DNA of 64,000 bases from a virus, in IMG/VR virus record IMGVR_UViG_3300025634_000001, positions 32,001 to 96,000 of that record; one strand, given 5' to 3'. Positions 37,450-47,450 of the stretch are shown piece after piece. The notes under the pieces were generated by a model. It saw only the letters and a program-made list of their open reading frames with translations. It did no database searches and was not told where the DNA came from. The stretch's first letter is position 1. The number at the start of each line of letters is the position of its first letter. Both the position numbers and the translations under genes were made by a program.

Positions 37450-38049
37450 ATGCCTTTTAGCACTTCTGCGGCCGACTATCAATTGACCCAGTGGGCCACC
37501 AACGAGGCCCTGTACACGTCGCTCCACACCGCTTACAGCGCCAGCGGCGCCAACGAGCTGACCGGCGGTTCCTACGCCCGCGTGGCGATCACGTGGGGCA
37601 GCGCTTCGAGCAACGCCATTTCCCTCTCCGGCACCCCGTACACGCTGAATGTCCCCGCGAGCACGACGGTGGCGTTCGTAGGCTTCTGGACGGCATCCTC
37701 TGGCGGGACGTTCCAGGGGATGACCCCGCTCGGCGGCGCGACCGGGTACGGGTTCAGCGCCCCGTCGTCCACGGGCGTCCTGCTGGCGCCGGGCACGTCG
37801 TACTCCAACGGGAACACGGTGTGCGTGTTCGCCCCGGCGGGGACCACCTTGCCGACCGGATTGACCGCGGGCACCATCTACTTTGTGGTGAGCGCTTCGA
37901 GCGACACCTTCAAGCTCAGCGCCACGCTAGGCGGGTCGGCTATCTCGCTGTCCGCTGACGGGTCGGGGCTCGTGCAGGCCATCACTACAGAGGCCTTCAG
38001 CGGAGCCGGCACGTACCAGGTGACCGCCGCAACTCTTAACCTAGCGTAG
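37450..38049 (+). CDS. Minor tail/fibre-associated protein
   Basis: SLHTA..GANELTGGSYARVAITW; LPTGLTAGTIYFV..DTFKLSAT.GG. Confidence 0.75.
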   Translation: MPFSTSAADYQLTQWATNEALYTSLHTAYSASGANELTGGSYARVAITWGSASSNAISLSGTPYTLNVPASTTVAFVGFWTASSGGTFQGMTPLGGATGYGFSAPSSTGVLLAPGTSYSNGNTVCVFAPAGTTLPTGLTAGTIYFVVSASSDTFKLSATLGGSAISLSADGSGLVQAITTEAFSGAGTYQVTAATLNLA

Positions 38050-38106
38050 CCAATCCATCTCTTAAAGTAAGCATACCCCTTCTGGCGGCCGGGAGGGGCG
38101 TGCCCC

Positions 38107-39510
38107 TTGGCCAGCATTGTCATCTCAGCCAGTACCACGTGGACCGCCCCCAGCAACATCTCCGGCGCACCCGAGGTCCAGGCCTGGGGTGAGAGCGGGA
38201 CCGGCGGGACCAGCCTCAACGGCTCCCATTCCGGCGGGTCCAGCGGCTCGGGTGCCTACGCGGCGGAACCTGCTCTCGGCGGGGTGACCGCCGGGACCGT
38301 CCTGACGATCACCATCGGCACGGGCGGCAGCAGCACGGCCACGACCGTTACCGGCGGTTCGGTCGCGGTGACCGCGGCCTACGGCGGGAGCGCGTCGGGG
38401 TCCATCGCCGGGTCGGGCGGTGCGGCGGGTTCCAACACTGTCGCCACGGCGGGCACGGGCGGCGAGAACGGCACCACGGGAAGCTCGAAGGGCGGCGGGG
38501 GCGGCCCCGGGTCGCCGGGGGCTTCCGGTTCCGGCGGCGCGGGCAGCCTCGGCGGGACGACCGGCGGGTCCGGCGGTACGGCGGGGTCCGGCGGCGGCGC
38601 AGCAGGCGGCGCGGGCGGCGGCCCCACATCCTCCGGGAACAGCGGCGGAACCCCCGGCGCGGGGTCCGGCGGCGGCGGGAACACCGGGAGCCGGCCCGGC
38701 GGGGCCGGCGTGCCCGGCCAGGTCATCATCACGTGGACCGCTGTCAGCGGCTACCCGGCCGAGGACTACGCGGCGGGGTACGGGAAAGCGTCCGGCCTCA
38801 AGAAGGCCGCCGGGACTGTCAAGGGCTACGCGGCCGGGACCGGCACTGCGTCGGGTGCCAAGCATGCGTCCGGCACGGCGGCGGGCTACGCGGCGGGCAC
38901 AGCGGTCATCAACCCGCCTCCGTCGTCGTCGTCCAGCGGCTACGGGTACGGGACCGGCACCGCTACCGGGATAGCGCACCGCAAGGGCACCGCGAAGGAC
39001 TACGGGGCCGGGTACGGGCTCCTGACTGGCGCCGCGTTCAACCCCGGCGTCGTCAACGCGTGGGCTGACAGCTTCGCGCAGCCGTCTGCGTTCGGGCCGA
39101 TGCCGCCCGCGTTGCAGTCCGTCAACGTGCCGCTGACCGCCGCGTACAGCATCACCGGGGGGACCGGCGTCCCGTCGGAGGGTAACTGGCTGTTCTGCCT
39201 CGCCGGCTGGAACCAGGACGACGGGCTGCCCGCCCTCACCGTCGGGGTAGCCGATGACATCCACAGCTACTGGCGACCCCAGTCCCCGTCCGTCTCGACG
39301 GGTAACACGCGGGCTGTGACCTGGTACACCGCGAACCTGGCGAGAATCCCCACGGTCGTCTACGTCGCGCCGAACGGGGCCTACGCGGGGATCGCGGTCA
39401 TGGTCGTGGAAGTCGCCAACCTCGGCCCCTGGGACACCGTGACGGGCTACGAGACGAACTACGCGGCCGGGGCCACATCCCTGCCGCTGACGCTCCCGGC
39501 ACCCACCTAG
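38107..39510 (+). CDS. Glycine-rich minor tail protein (probable N-terminal half of a split gene)
   Basis: TWTAP..VQAWG..GG Gly-rich domain; GYAAG repeats; ends mid-domain at TSLPLTLPAPT. Confidence 0.75.
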   Translation: MASIVISASTTWTAPSNISGAPEVQAWGESGTGGTSLNGSHSGGSSGSGAYAAEPALGGVTAGTVLTITIGTGGSSTATTVTGGSVAVTAAYGGSASGSIAGSGGAAGSNTVATAGTGGENGTTGSSKGGGGGPGSPGASGSGGAGSLGGTTGGSGGTAGSGGGAAGGAGGGPTSSGNSGGTPGAGSGGGGNTGSRPGGAGVPGQVIITWTAVSGYPAEDYAAGYGKASGLKKAAGTVKGYAAGTGTASGAKHASGTAAGYAAGTAVINPPPSSSSSGYGYGTGTATGIAHRKGTAKDYGAGYGLLTGAAFNPGVVNAWADSFAQPSAFGPMPPALQSVNVPLTAAYSITGGTGVPSEGNWLFCLAGWNQDDGLPALTVGVADDIHSYWRPQSPSVSTGNTRAVTWYTANLARIPTVVYVAPNGAYAGIAVMVVEVANLGPWDTVTGYETNYAAGATSLPLTLPAPT

Positions 39511-39555
39511 GCCCGGCAGTCACCAGGCGCCTTACGCACTGAGGGGGAGGCGTCC

Positions 39556-41688
39556 GTGGCTACCGAGGTCTTCGCCAACGACCCGTCTACGACGATCAGC
39601 AGCGGCGGCACCACAGCACCCGCCAGCGGCACCACGGAAACCTGGACGGGCGCGTCCTGGGCGTCGTTCCCGGTCGCGGCCACGGGCGCGACCCAGTTCC
39701 ACGTTTACGACACCGCCGCCGGGTACGGCAGCGAGCTGATCCTGGTCAGGAACATCTCCGGCACGACGGCGAGCGTCACCAGGGGCGCGGAGGGCACCAC
39801 CCCGGTAGCCCACGTGACCGGGTTCACGGTCACCCAGCCGATCACGGCGGGGTTCCTGGGGAACCTGGTCCAGTGCGCCAGCATCGTCTCCTTCGGCGCG
39901 GACCCCACCGGGGCGGCCGACTCCACCGCCGCGATCCAGGCGGCATGGGAGAACGGCCTCCCCGTCTACGCGCCGGCCGGGAATTACCTCGTCGGCACGG
40001 GCGGCGTGTCCCTCATCTGGCAGCCGGGCCTGGTGTTCTTCGGCCCCTATGCGGGCACCTTTCCGGGCCTGGACACGATCCCCGGCATCGCCTACCTGCA
40101 CCGGGTGGCCAGCACCAATGCGGACGTGATCCAGGTCCCGGACGGCACGAACTACGGCCGGATGTCCGACATCGCGATCGACGGGAACAAGACCCACAAC
40201 ACCGCCGGGTACGGGATCAACCTCCAGGACGGCGCCGCCCTCCAGGAAACGGAGATCCACTTCACCCGGTGCTTCATCCACGACAACCCGTACTCGAATT
40301 TCTACCTCGGCAACTTCCGGCTCGCGAACCGGCTGCGGGACTGCACGATCATGTACTCCGCGACGGGGGACGGTATCACCGTCGCGGGCACGGACAACAT
40401 GATCTCCGGCAACATCATCGGCGACAACGGCCGGTGCGGCATCGCGGTCGGCACCACGATCTCCCAGAATTACGCCGCCTCGGGCACCGCGTGGGATCCG
40501 GCCGACACCCAGATCTACGGGAACAACATCTTCAAGAACGACACCGGGATCGCCATCTCCAGTGGCGTGGACAACACGGTCCTGGCGATGAACATCATCA
40601 ACCTGAATAACAGGCAGGGGATCACGGTCTACGACCAGACCTGCAACACGATCCACGCGAACATGCTCCACGGCAACAGCCAGGCCACGAACAACGGCTA
40701 CGCCCACATCGACGTAGGGGCGTCCGTCACCGGGGTCTCCATCTCGGACAACATGTTCGGCGCGCCGGACGCCGGGACCACCAACGTCGCGTCGTGGTGC
40801 GTGAATGTCGGGTCCGGGGCGAGCCCGGGCACGATCAGCGGGAACCTCGGCACGATGAACGCCACGTCGTCCGTGAACGGGCTGATCAACCAGGCGGGCA
40901 GCAACGCCTCCCCGTCGATCATCTTCCCGTCGATGATCGTCAAGGCGACGAGCTCATCGCAGAAAGTCTTCCAGCTGGAAAGCACGACGGGCTCTGTGCT
41001 GTTCAGCCTGACCAACGGCGGGTCATTCACGCTCCCGAACGGCGCCGGCCAGTTCGAGACCGCGCAGAACGTCTTCGGGTCCGCGACCGCGCTGGCCAGC
41101 GCGGTCGTGTCCCTCGTCGGCACGGCCACGGGGACGGCGCAGCTGAAGACGCAGCTGTTCGCCGGGCAGACCGCCGACATCGCCGACTTCTACGCCTCCA
41201 ACGGGTCCACGCTGCTCGCCAAGATCACCGCAGCCGGGGTGTACGTCGGCCCGCAGGCGGCCTCAGTGAGCTACACCCCGTCCAACCCGACGGCGACGGC
41301 CAGCGGCACCCTGGTCATGATGGGACTCGGGACCACCTGCACCTTCACCCCGGGCGCGACCGGAATCGTGATGGCCACGGTGAACGGGTTCTGGAATACG
41401 GCCACGGCGTCAATTAACGGCACCCTGTCGGCGCGCTACGGGACCGGGACCGCGCCCGCGAACGCCGCCGCCGTCACGGGCACCCGGTGGGGCACCGGCA
41501 CGAGCGACCCGTCGATCAACGCGGCCCGCTCCCAGTCCGGCGCGGTCCCGTTCTCGTTCACCCAGGTCATCACCGGCCTGACGGTCGCCACCGCCTACTG
41601 GTTCGACCTGGCCACGAGCACGAGCAACCCGTCGGACTCGGCCACCGTCACGAACGTGACGATGAGCTTCACGGAACTGCCCGCCTGA
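39556..41688 (+). CDS. Tailspike-like protein with pectate-lyase-3/right-handed beta-helix
   Basis: VTRGAEGT N-domain; SFGADPTGAADSTAAIQAA..VYAPAGNY; Asn-rich helix repeats. Confidence 0.85.
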   Translation: MATEVFANDPSTTISSGGTTAPASGTTETWTGASWASFPVAATGATQFHVYDTAAGYGSELILVRNISGTTASVTRGAEGTTPVAHVTGFTVTQPITAGFLGNLVQCASIVSFGADPTGAADSTAAIQAAWENGLPVYAPAGNYLVGTGGVSLIWQPGLVFFGPYAGTFPGLDTIPGIAYLHRVASTNADVIQVPDGTNYGRMSDIAIDGNKTHNTAGYGINLQDGAALQETEIHFTRCFIHDNPYSNFYLGNFRLANRLRDCTIMYSATGDGITVAGTDNMISGNIIGDNGRCGIAVGTTISQNYAASGTAWDPADTQIYGNNIFKNDTGIAISSGVDNTVLAMNIINLNNRQGITVYDQTCNTIHANMLHGNSQATNNGYAHIDVGASVTGVSISDNMFGAPDAGTTNVASWCVNVGSGASPGTISGNLGTMNATSSVNGLINQAGSNASPSIIFPSMIVKATSSSQKVFQLESTTGSVLFSLTNGGSFTLPNGAGQFETAQNVFGSATALASAVVSLVGTATGTAQLKTQLFAGQTADIADFYASNGSTLLAKITAAGVYVGPQAASVSYTPSNPTATASGTLVMMGLGTTCTFTPGATGIVMATVNGFWNTATASINGTLSARYGTGTAPANAAAVTGTRWGTGTSDPSINAARSQSGAVPFSFTQVITGLTVATAYWFDLATSTSNPSDSATVTNVTMSFTELPA

Positions 41689-41715
41689 TGCGGGCCTCCG
41701 TCCGGGGGTGAGCGG

Positions 41716-44694
41716 ATGAACGCCTCCGCGGTCCCCGGCCGCGCTGTCCCCGGCCTGGCCGTCCCCGGCTACCACGGAGGGGCGCCCGTGGCTGTCAACG
41801 CGTTCACGATCGCGTTCACCTGCGGCGACAACACCAGCGCCACGCAGGCGTTCGCCCCGGCCGGCTGGACGACGCTCCCGGCCGTCACCGCCAGCAATGG
41901 TGTAGACCACTCGTGCGATGTGGTCCTGACCGCCGCGTGGACCGTCACCTCATCCGCCGTCTCCGTCACCGGCACCGCGGGGACAGCAGAAGACCTCTCC
42001 GGGGCCATCATCGGCGTCCAGGTCGACGCACCCAGCCCCATCCCCGCCGTGTCCGGGGTATCACCGGGATGGGCCGGGCGGACCATCCTGCAGGCCGCGC
42101 TCGGGTCCGGCTTCCAGACCCCCGCCGACGAGATGACCTGGACCACCCTCTCCGACTCCGCAGCCGCACCGGGAAGCATCAAGCGGCTCTGGTCATGGTC
42201 GGAGACCAGCACCGGCATCCCGTACGCTCTCGGGCAGCTCCAGTCTTCCGAGGGCACCGTCGAGATCGACAACGCCGACGGGGAAGTCACCCCCTCCAAC
42301 GCCGCCAGCGCCTACTTCCCCGACGTCACCACCGGCACCCCTTTGCGGATGCTGTTCGCGCTCGGCACCTACGGCGGGGTTCCGGTCGACCGCTGGTACT
42401 GCTGGCAGCGGAACGCCCTGGACTGGACCGAGAAACGCGACGAGTCGCTCCGCAACTACGTCGAGACCGGCCTCACCGACGGCTGGTCCGTCGTCGGCGC
42501 GTCCTGCCCCACCCCGTACCGGGGGGAAGTCCTCCAGGACGGCCCGTACGCGTGGTGGCCGATGGACGACCAGCCGCTCTCCGGCGGGGTCCTCCCGACT
42601 GCGCTGCTCAACGCCGCGCCGGGGAACAGCAGCACCCTCAACGTCCTCGCCAACTCGGTCACCGCAGGCGACCAGTACTCCACCACGGGCACCGACCTGA
42701 CCACCGACGGGACCGTCCTCACCGGCATCCCCGCCGGGAACCCGCCCCCCAGCGTGGCCGTCTACGGCGCCGGCACGAACCCGGGCTGGATGTACGGCGA
42801 CCCCCAGTCCTCCCCGAGCTCGTACAGCACCGGCAACCCCGTCACGTCCAGCCCCGGGTCCGCCGCATGGCAGCAGACCGGCCTCCTCGGCAACACCGGG
42901 GCCAACGGCTGGTTCCTCGCCGCCAACGACACCGGTTTCCCGCCGCTGTCCGGCGGGATGACGTTCGGGCTGTGGTTCAACGCCACGTTCTTCGGCACCG
43001 CGACCGGGTTCACCGACACGGGCAACTCCACGTTCAACGTCGCCGGGCAGCCCTACGGCCAGATCACCCTCGCCACCCTCGCGACCGCATCGAACGCCGT
43101 CGCGATCCTCTACCTCGACATCAGCGGTCACCTGATCCTGGAGACGTTCGCCGGGTCAACGGGGACCACGCACTCCATCTACAGTTCATCGGACCTGCGC
43201 TCATCCTCGTTCCACTCGGTGAAGATCGCCCTGACCACGACCACGTGGACGGTGTACGTCGACGGCGGCCAGACCGCCCTCGTGTCCGGCACCGCGGCGG
43301 GCATGACCAGCGCGTGGACGTGGCTGATCCTCGGCGCCGACTGCGGCACCGCAGGCGGCTCGAGCCTGGGCAGCGCCGTCCACATGAGCAACATCGCCCT
43401 GTCCCACGCCGAGGTGTACCCGGGACTGCTCCCCGCATGGCGGGAACTCAGCCACTACGCTGCGGCGACAACCGGGTTCGGTACCATCCCCGCACCCCAG
43501 TCCGTCGCCGTCAGCACGGTCGGGAACCAGCTCGCCGGGGTGGGGTATGTCCCCGATGGAAGCGAGTTCCGGGGGTCCTACGGAAGCAGCGGCAGCGCCG
43601 CCACCGCGTTCGGGTTCTCCGCCCTGGTCACCGCCGGGATCGGCTCGTACAGCAGCGGACCCTCGGCACGGTCCACCATCGCCGCGATCGGCGGCAATAC
43701 CGGCGGGACGATCGTCGGGAAAGCCTCGTGGGTGTCGTGGACGTCGCTGGCCCCCCAGTCCGTCGTCTACACGGCGGCGTCCGCGAACGCGGAGACCAGT
43801 GCGGGGACCGCGGACGGGTCCGGGCTGGCGTTCACCGCCGGGTACGGCGGGTCGGCTACGGCGGCGGGAGTGTGCAAGACAGGCGGCGGAGCCGGGGCGT
43901 CGCCGCCTACAGGGCCTGACGCGCTCGGGGACACGGTAGCGAACCGGCTAGAGCGGATCCTTTCGTACGGCGGGGTGACCTCGCCCAACCGGGCCATCGA
44001 CGCGACAGCCTCTGCGCTGGTCCAGGCGGCCCTCGACGTGGGCGGCCAGCAGGCGGGCGCGAGTATCGCGTCGATCGTCAGCAGTGACTACGGGATGCTG
44101 TTCGTTGACAGCAACGGCACGACCTGCTACAAGAGCCGGCCTCACCTCAGCTCGGACACGGTGGTCTGGAACATCAGCTCGGCAGGCCCGGACTACGGCT
44201 ACCCGTACAGCAAAGACCAGAACTTCGGAAATGATCCTCAGTTCGTCTATAACGTCATCCAGGTAAACCAGTACTCGCCCGACGGCGCGAGTTTGCCTGC
44301 TACCACGCCGGCTAACGCGAGCGCCGCGACAGCCTCTCAGTCGCAATACGGGCCGCGCCCGCTCAGCGTCGGGACCACGAGCTACCTGCAGAGCACGGCA
44401 CTCATCCAGTCGGCTGTCAACTGGCTTCTCAGTACGTTCGGCGCGCTCGAGCGCAGGGTGCTGACCGCCACCGTCGACGCCGCCGGGTACCCGCCCGCAT
44501 GGCCGTACGTTCTTTCCGTCCAGTGCGGAGATCTTCTCCAGATCACGGACCAGCCGATGCAGGGCGGCCCGCTCAGCGTCGGCACCTACCGCGTGAGCCT
44601 GATCAGCCGGAAGGTGGCGTTCGGGGCCAACGGGTCCAAGCCGACCGGGGCCGTGACGGTCACCTGCGATCCCGTTCCCGCCAGCTACTTCTGA
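41716..44694 (+). CDS. Large minor tail/baseplate protein with LamG-like domain (alternative start GTG 41788)
   Basis: IDNADG..TP.N..S.YFP, PYAWWPMDD, GMLFVDSNG, SQSQYG..GDLLQI tail-tip motifs. Confidence 0.8.
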   Translation: MNASAVPGRAVPGLAVPGYHGGAPVAVNAFTIAFTCGDNTSATQAFAPAGWTTLPAVTASNGVDHSCDVVLTAAWTVTSSAVSVTGTAGTAEDLSGAIIGVQVDAPSPIPAVSGVSPGWAGRTILQAALGSGFQTPADEMTWTTLSDSAAAPGSIKRLWSWSETSTGIPYALGQLQSSEGTVEIDNADGEVTPSNAASAYFPDVTTGTPLRMLFALGTYGGVPVDRWYCWQRNALDWTEKRDESLRNYVETGLTDGWSVVGASCPTPYRGEVLQDGPYAWWPMDDQPLSGGVLPTALLNAAPGNSSTLNVLANSVTAGDQYSTTGTDLTTDGTVLTGIPAGNPPPSVAVYGAGTNPGWMYGDPQSSPSSYSTGNPVTSSPGSAAWQQTGLLGNTGANGWFLAANDTGFPPLSGGMTFGLWFNATFFGTATGFTDTGNSTFNVAGQPYGQITLATLATASNAVAILYLDISGHLILETFAGSTGTTHSIYSSSDLRSSSFHSVKIALTTTTWTVYVDGGQTALVSGTAAGMTSAWTWLILGADCGTAGGSSLGSAVHMSNIALSHAEVYPGLLPAWRELSHYAAATTGFGTIPAPQSVAVSTVGNQLAGVGYVPDGSEFRGSYGSSGSAATAFGFSALVTAGIGSYSSGPSARSTIAAIGGNTGGTIVGKASWVSWTSLAPQSVVYTAASANAETSAGTADGSGLAFTAGYGGSATAAGVCKTGGGAGASPPTGPDALGDTVANRLERILSYGGVTSPNRAIDATASALVQAALDVGGQQAGASIASIVSSDYGMLFVDSNGTTCYKSRPHLSSDTVVWNISSAGPDYGYPYSKDQNFGNDPQFVYNVIQVNQYSPDGASLPATTPANASAATASQSQYGPRPLSVGTTSYLQSTALIQSAVNWLLSTFGALERRVLTATVDAAGYPPAWPYVLSVQCGDLLQITDQPMQGGPLSVGTYRVSLISRKVAFGANGSKPTGAVTVTCDPVPASYF

Positions 44695-44707
44695 CCGGGG
44701 GTGAACC

Positions 44708-44875
44708 GTGGCCGTCGTTTTCAAGGCCCCGAACCGCGTCCAGGAACTGGCGCCCCCGCACCGCAAGGGGACAGTCAGGCACGTGGCAGGCACAGGCTCG
44801 AACGCCACCGTGACCGTCAACCTCGACGGACGCGCCCCCACGTCGTTCCGTCCCGCGCAGCTGAAGCTCATCTGA
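44708..44875 (+). CDS. Small SH3/KOW-like protein
   Basis: MAVVFKAPNRV..RKGTVRHV..VTVNLDG..FRPAQLKLI; GGGG RBS. Confidence 0.55.
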   Translation: MAVVFKAPNRVQELAPPHRKGTVRHVAGTGSNATVTVNLDGRAPTSFRPAQLKLI

Positions 44876-44915
44876 CCCGCAGGCAGTACGCCCGCACTGC
44901 ATGAAGGGGGGCGTA

Positions 44916-45188
44916 TTGACATCTGGGGAAGCACTGGCCATCGGCATCCCGCTGATCGTCTTCATCCTCGGGGGCATCGCGACCGGTATCACGATGCTGG
45001 TCAAAGGGTCCGCCTACATGGCCAGGAGCGCGGTGGCGCAGGAGTCCACGGCCACGTCGAACGCCGAGATCAACGAGACGCTGAAGGCGTACATGGCGAG
45101 CAATGACGCGCGAGTCAACGACCTGGACCGCCGGGTGTACCTGATCGAGGACTGGCGCGACCGGGACCGGGAGAGGGGGCACCTGTGA
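44916..45188 (+). CDS. Membrane protein, 1 TM + coiled coil (lysis cassette)
   Basis: IGIPLIVFILGGIA; LDRRVYLIE. Confidence 0.7.
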   Translation: MTSGEALAIGIPLIVFILGGIATGITMLVKGSAYMARSAVAQESTATSNAEINETLKAYMASNDARVNDLDRRVYLIEDWRDRDRERGHL

Positions 45189-45433
45189 ACGTCATCAGGA
45201 GACGCGCTGTCGTCCTCGGCTCCGCCGCCTTCGCCGCTGTCGTCCTGACCGTGACCGCGTGCATCGGCGGGTCCTACGTCGTGGCCCTGAATGCCCTGCA
45301 CAATCACAACAACCTGTCCGTGAAGCAAGCCTGCGCGCACTGGGGCTGGATCTATCAGGCCACCGCGCATGACGGGACACCTGTGCTGCATGCCGCGGTG
45401 AAACGGACCCTCGCCCAGCTGGACTGCAAGTGA
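45185..45433 (+). CDS. Membrane protein
   Basis: N-terminal TM, paired Cys, GTGA coupling. Confidence 0.6.
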   Translation: MNVIRRRAVVLGSAAFAAVVLTVTACIGGSYVVALNALHNHNNLSVKQACAHWGWIYQATAHDGTPVLHAAVKRTLAQLDCK

Positions 45434-45768
45434 CCGGGCACGGTGCCGACGACCGGCACAGGCGGCAGCGGAAGACCGGGGTGCTCCTCGTCGCCGCGGG
45501 GATCGTCCTGCTCGGCGGGATCATCGCCGGGAACTACTACCTGACCATCGGGGTAGCGACCCGCACTGCCACCGCGCAGCAGCGGGCAGGGGTCGTTCTC
45601 GGCGAGCGGCTGTGCACGACGTTCGGGAGACTCGCGGCGCTGAAGCCGCCACCCGGAAACCCTGCCGTTAACCCCAGCCGGGCGTACGAGCAAGAAGAAC
45701 ACGCGACCCTTGACCAGCTCGGCACTGACCTCGGCTGCAAAGTTACCGGACCCCGGAAAGGCAAGTGA
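45430..45768 (+). CDS. Membrane protein
   Basis: TM VLLVAAGIVLLGGIIAG; paired Cys. Confidence 0.6.
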   Translation: MTGHGADDRHRRQRKTGVLLVAAGIVLLGGIIAGNYYLTIGVATRTATAQQRAGVVLGERLCTTFGRLAALKPPPGNPAVNPSRAYEQEEHATLDQLGTDLGCKVTGPRKGK

Positions 45769-45772
45769 CCTA

Positions 45773-45934
45773 ATGATCTTCATCTCTGCTCTCGCGTTTG
45801 CTGTTGCCCTGATCCTCGACTTGGCCGGGGTCAGTAAGGGTCACGTCGACCCGGTGACATTCATGCTCGCGGGCCTGCTGTTCCTCGCGCTCGCCGGCTG
45901 CCCGTGGGGCTGGCTGCCGCGCCGCACGCCGTAG
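45773..45934 (+). CDS. Small 2-TM protein (holin candidate)
   Basis: Two hydrophobic helices, basic C-terminus. Confidence 0.6.
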   Translation: MIFISALAFAVALILDLAGVSKGHVDPVTFMLAGLLFLALAGCPWGWLPRRTP

Positions 45935-45975
45935 CCGCGGTCGTCGCTGTCCTGCCTCCCGGGGGGTGCTGCCTG

Positions 45976-46317
45976 ATGTGGTGGTGGCACGCCTTCCAGC
46001 ACTGGCTCGCCTATCACACGGGCAGCCTCAACGAGCCGGGGGTCGCGCCGGGAGGCGCATTCTGGGGCGGTATCGCGTCCGACCTCGGCGAAGTGACGCT
46101 GGTCGGCGGGATGATCGCGATCTACCGCAAGCACGCGTGCCATACAAGGTGGTGCCTGCGGTTCGGCCGCCACGACTTCACCGACGAGGCGACCAAGATC
46201 ACCTATCGTCTTTGCCGCCGTTGCCATCCCGCGCATCCGGGGCGCCCGCTCACCAAGCTCCACATTGCCCTTATCCATCAGCGGAACCAAGGAGGCCACC
46301 GTGACGCGCAGAACTGA
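45976..46317 (+). CDS. Membrane protein with Cys/His-rich C-terminus
   Basis: FWGGIASDLGEV..YRKHACH..CLRFG..CRRCHP. Confidence 0.65.
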   Translation: MWWWHAFQHWLAYHTGSLNEPGVAPGGAFWGGIASDLGEVTLVGGMIAIYRKHACHTRWCLRFGRHDFTDEATKITYRLCRRCHPAHPGRPLTKLHIALIHQRNQGGHRDAQN

Positions 46318-46573
46318 CCAGTCCGACCGCATCGAGGCGTCCCTGGATCGCGTCGAGGGGGCGCTGTCCAGGATCGCGGATGCGCTGAACCCCGCCACGG
46401 CGGGCGGCGTGGCTGCCGTCGCCGCCGACGCTAAGGATGCCCGCGCTGAGGCGTCAGCGGCACGGACCGAGATGACCGCGCTCCGCGAGCTCATGACGAC
46501 GCTGGCGGCCCGCCCATCGCCGCAGACGGTCATGACGCCCTCGGCGAAGACCCGCAAGGGGGCGGGGGCGTGA
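46301..46573 (+). CDS. Coiled-coil hypothetical protein
   Basis: AAGGAGG RBS. Confidence 0.6.
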   Translation: MTRRTDQSDRIEASLDRVEGALSRIADALNPATAGGVAAVAADAKDARAEASAARTEMTALRELMTTLAARPSPQTVMTPSAKTRKGAGA

Positions 46574-46683
46574 ACGGGTTCTGCTTCAGGTGCGGCGCCT
46601 TCGGGCTGCTCGGCCGGGCTACGGCATGGTGCGGCAAATGCACGGACCGGTGGCACCGGGACCGCCAGCGAGGACCGCGATGA
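46570..46683 (+). CDS. Tiny zinc-finger protein
   Basis: CFRC...CGKC; coupled GTGA/ATGA. Confidence 0.45.
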   Translation: MNGFCFRCGAFGLLGRATAWCGKCTDRWHRDRQRGPR

Positions 46684-47438
46684 CGCCGCTGAAGCTGTCC
46701 GTCGACTCCGAGGGACGCGTTCACGGCCCGCGCATCACCTGGAACGACCCGTGGCCCTGCCGCAACGGGGACGCCGGGGGGATGAAGGTCCCGTCCGGGG
46801 TGCTCGGGATGCTTGTCCACACCCAGGTTGGCAACAATCCGGGATCTGTCAGCTGGTTCAATAACAGCGCATCTCAGGCATCGGCACATTTCTGCGTGGC
46901 CCAAGATGGCTCGATCGTGCAGATGGGACCGGTCAACGGGTGGAAGGCGTGGCATGCCGCCGAGGGCAATCCCCACTGGTTCGGCTGTGAGTTCGCCGAC
47001 GACGGCAACCCCGCGAACCCGCTCACCGCATCGCAGGTCATCGCCGGGGCGCAGCTCCTCGAGCTGCTGTCGCGGCCCGATGTCGGCCGGTTCCCCCTCC
47101 AGATGAGCAACTCGCCGAGCACCGAGGGGCTCGGCTGGCACGGGATGGGCGGCGTCGCGTTCGGCGGCCACTTCGACTGCCCCGGCGACACCCGCAAAGC
47201 CCAGCGACCGCGGATCATCGCGCTGGCCGCGGCCATCCGGGCGGGCGGATCGCAGGCGGGACCGTTCCGGCACACCGCGCCGGGCGGGAAGACGCTCGGC
47301 GAGATAGCAGCCGCGCGCAGTACGACGCCGGAGCACGTCTTCGGCGTGTCCGCGAAGGCCTACACCGCCGCGGACGTGGCCGTGATCGCCACGCTGCCGC
47401 TGCCGCCCGGTTTCCCGTATTACACATCCAGCCCCTGA
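46680..47438 (+). CDS. Endolysin, N-acetylmuramoyl-L-alanine amidase (Amidase_2)
   Basis: VHT, SAHF..DG.I.Q, AWHA, E, H..CPG zinc-amidase motifs; LysM-like C-terminus. Confidence 0.9.
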   Translation: MTPLKLSVDSEGRVHGPRITWNDPWPCRNGDAGGMKVPSGVLGMLVHTQVGNNPGSVSWFNNSASQASAHFCVAQDGSIVQMGPVNGWKAWHAAEGNPHWFGCEFADDGNPANPLTASQVIAGAQLLELLSRPDVGRFPLQMSNSPSTEGLGWHGMGGVAFGGHFDCPGDTRKAQRPRIIALAAAIRAGGSQAGPFRHTAPGGKTLGEIAAARSTTPEHVFGVSAKAYTAADVAVIATLPLPPGFPYYTSSP

Positions 47439-47450
47439 TCGGAGCCCGTC

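Noticed and set aside
41913-43919. Long alternative-frame and antisense ORFs (also 19022-20620, 52215-53957, 9329-10573)
   Set aside because: Arg/Pro/Gly-rich frame shadows overlapping well-supported genes, with no motifs or RBS.
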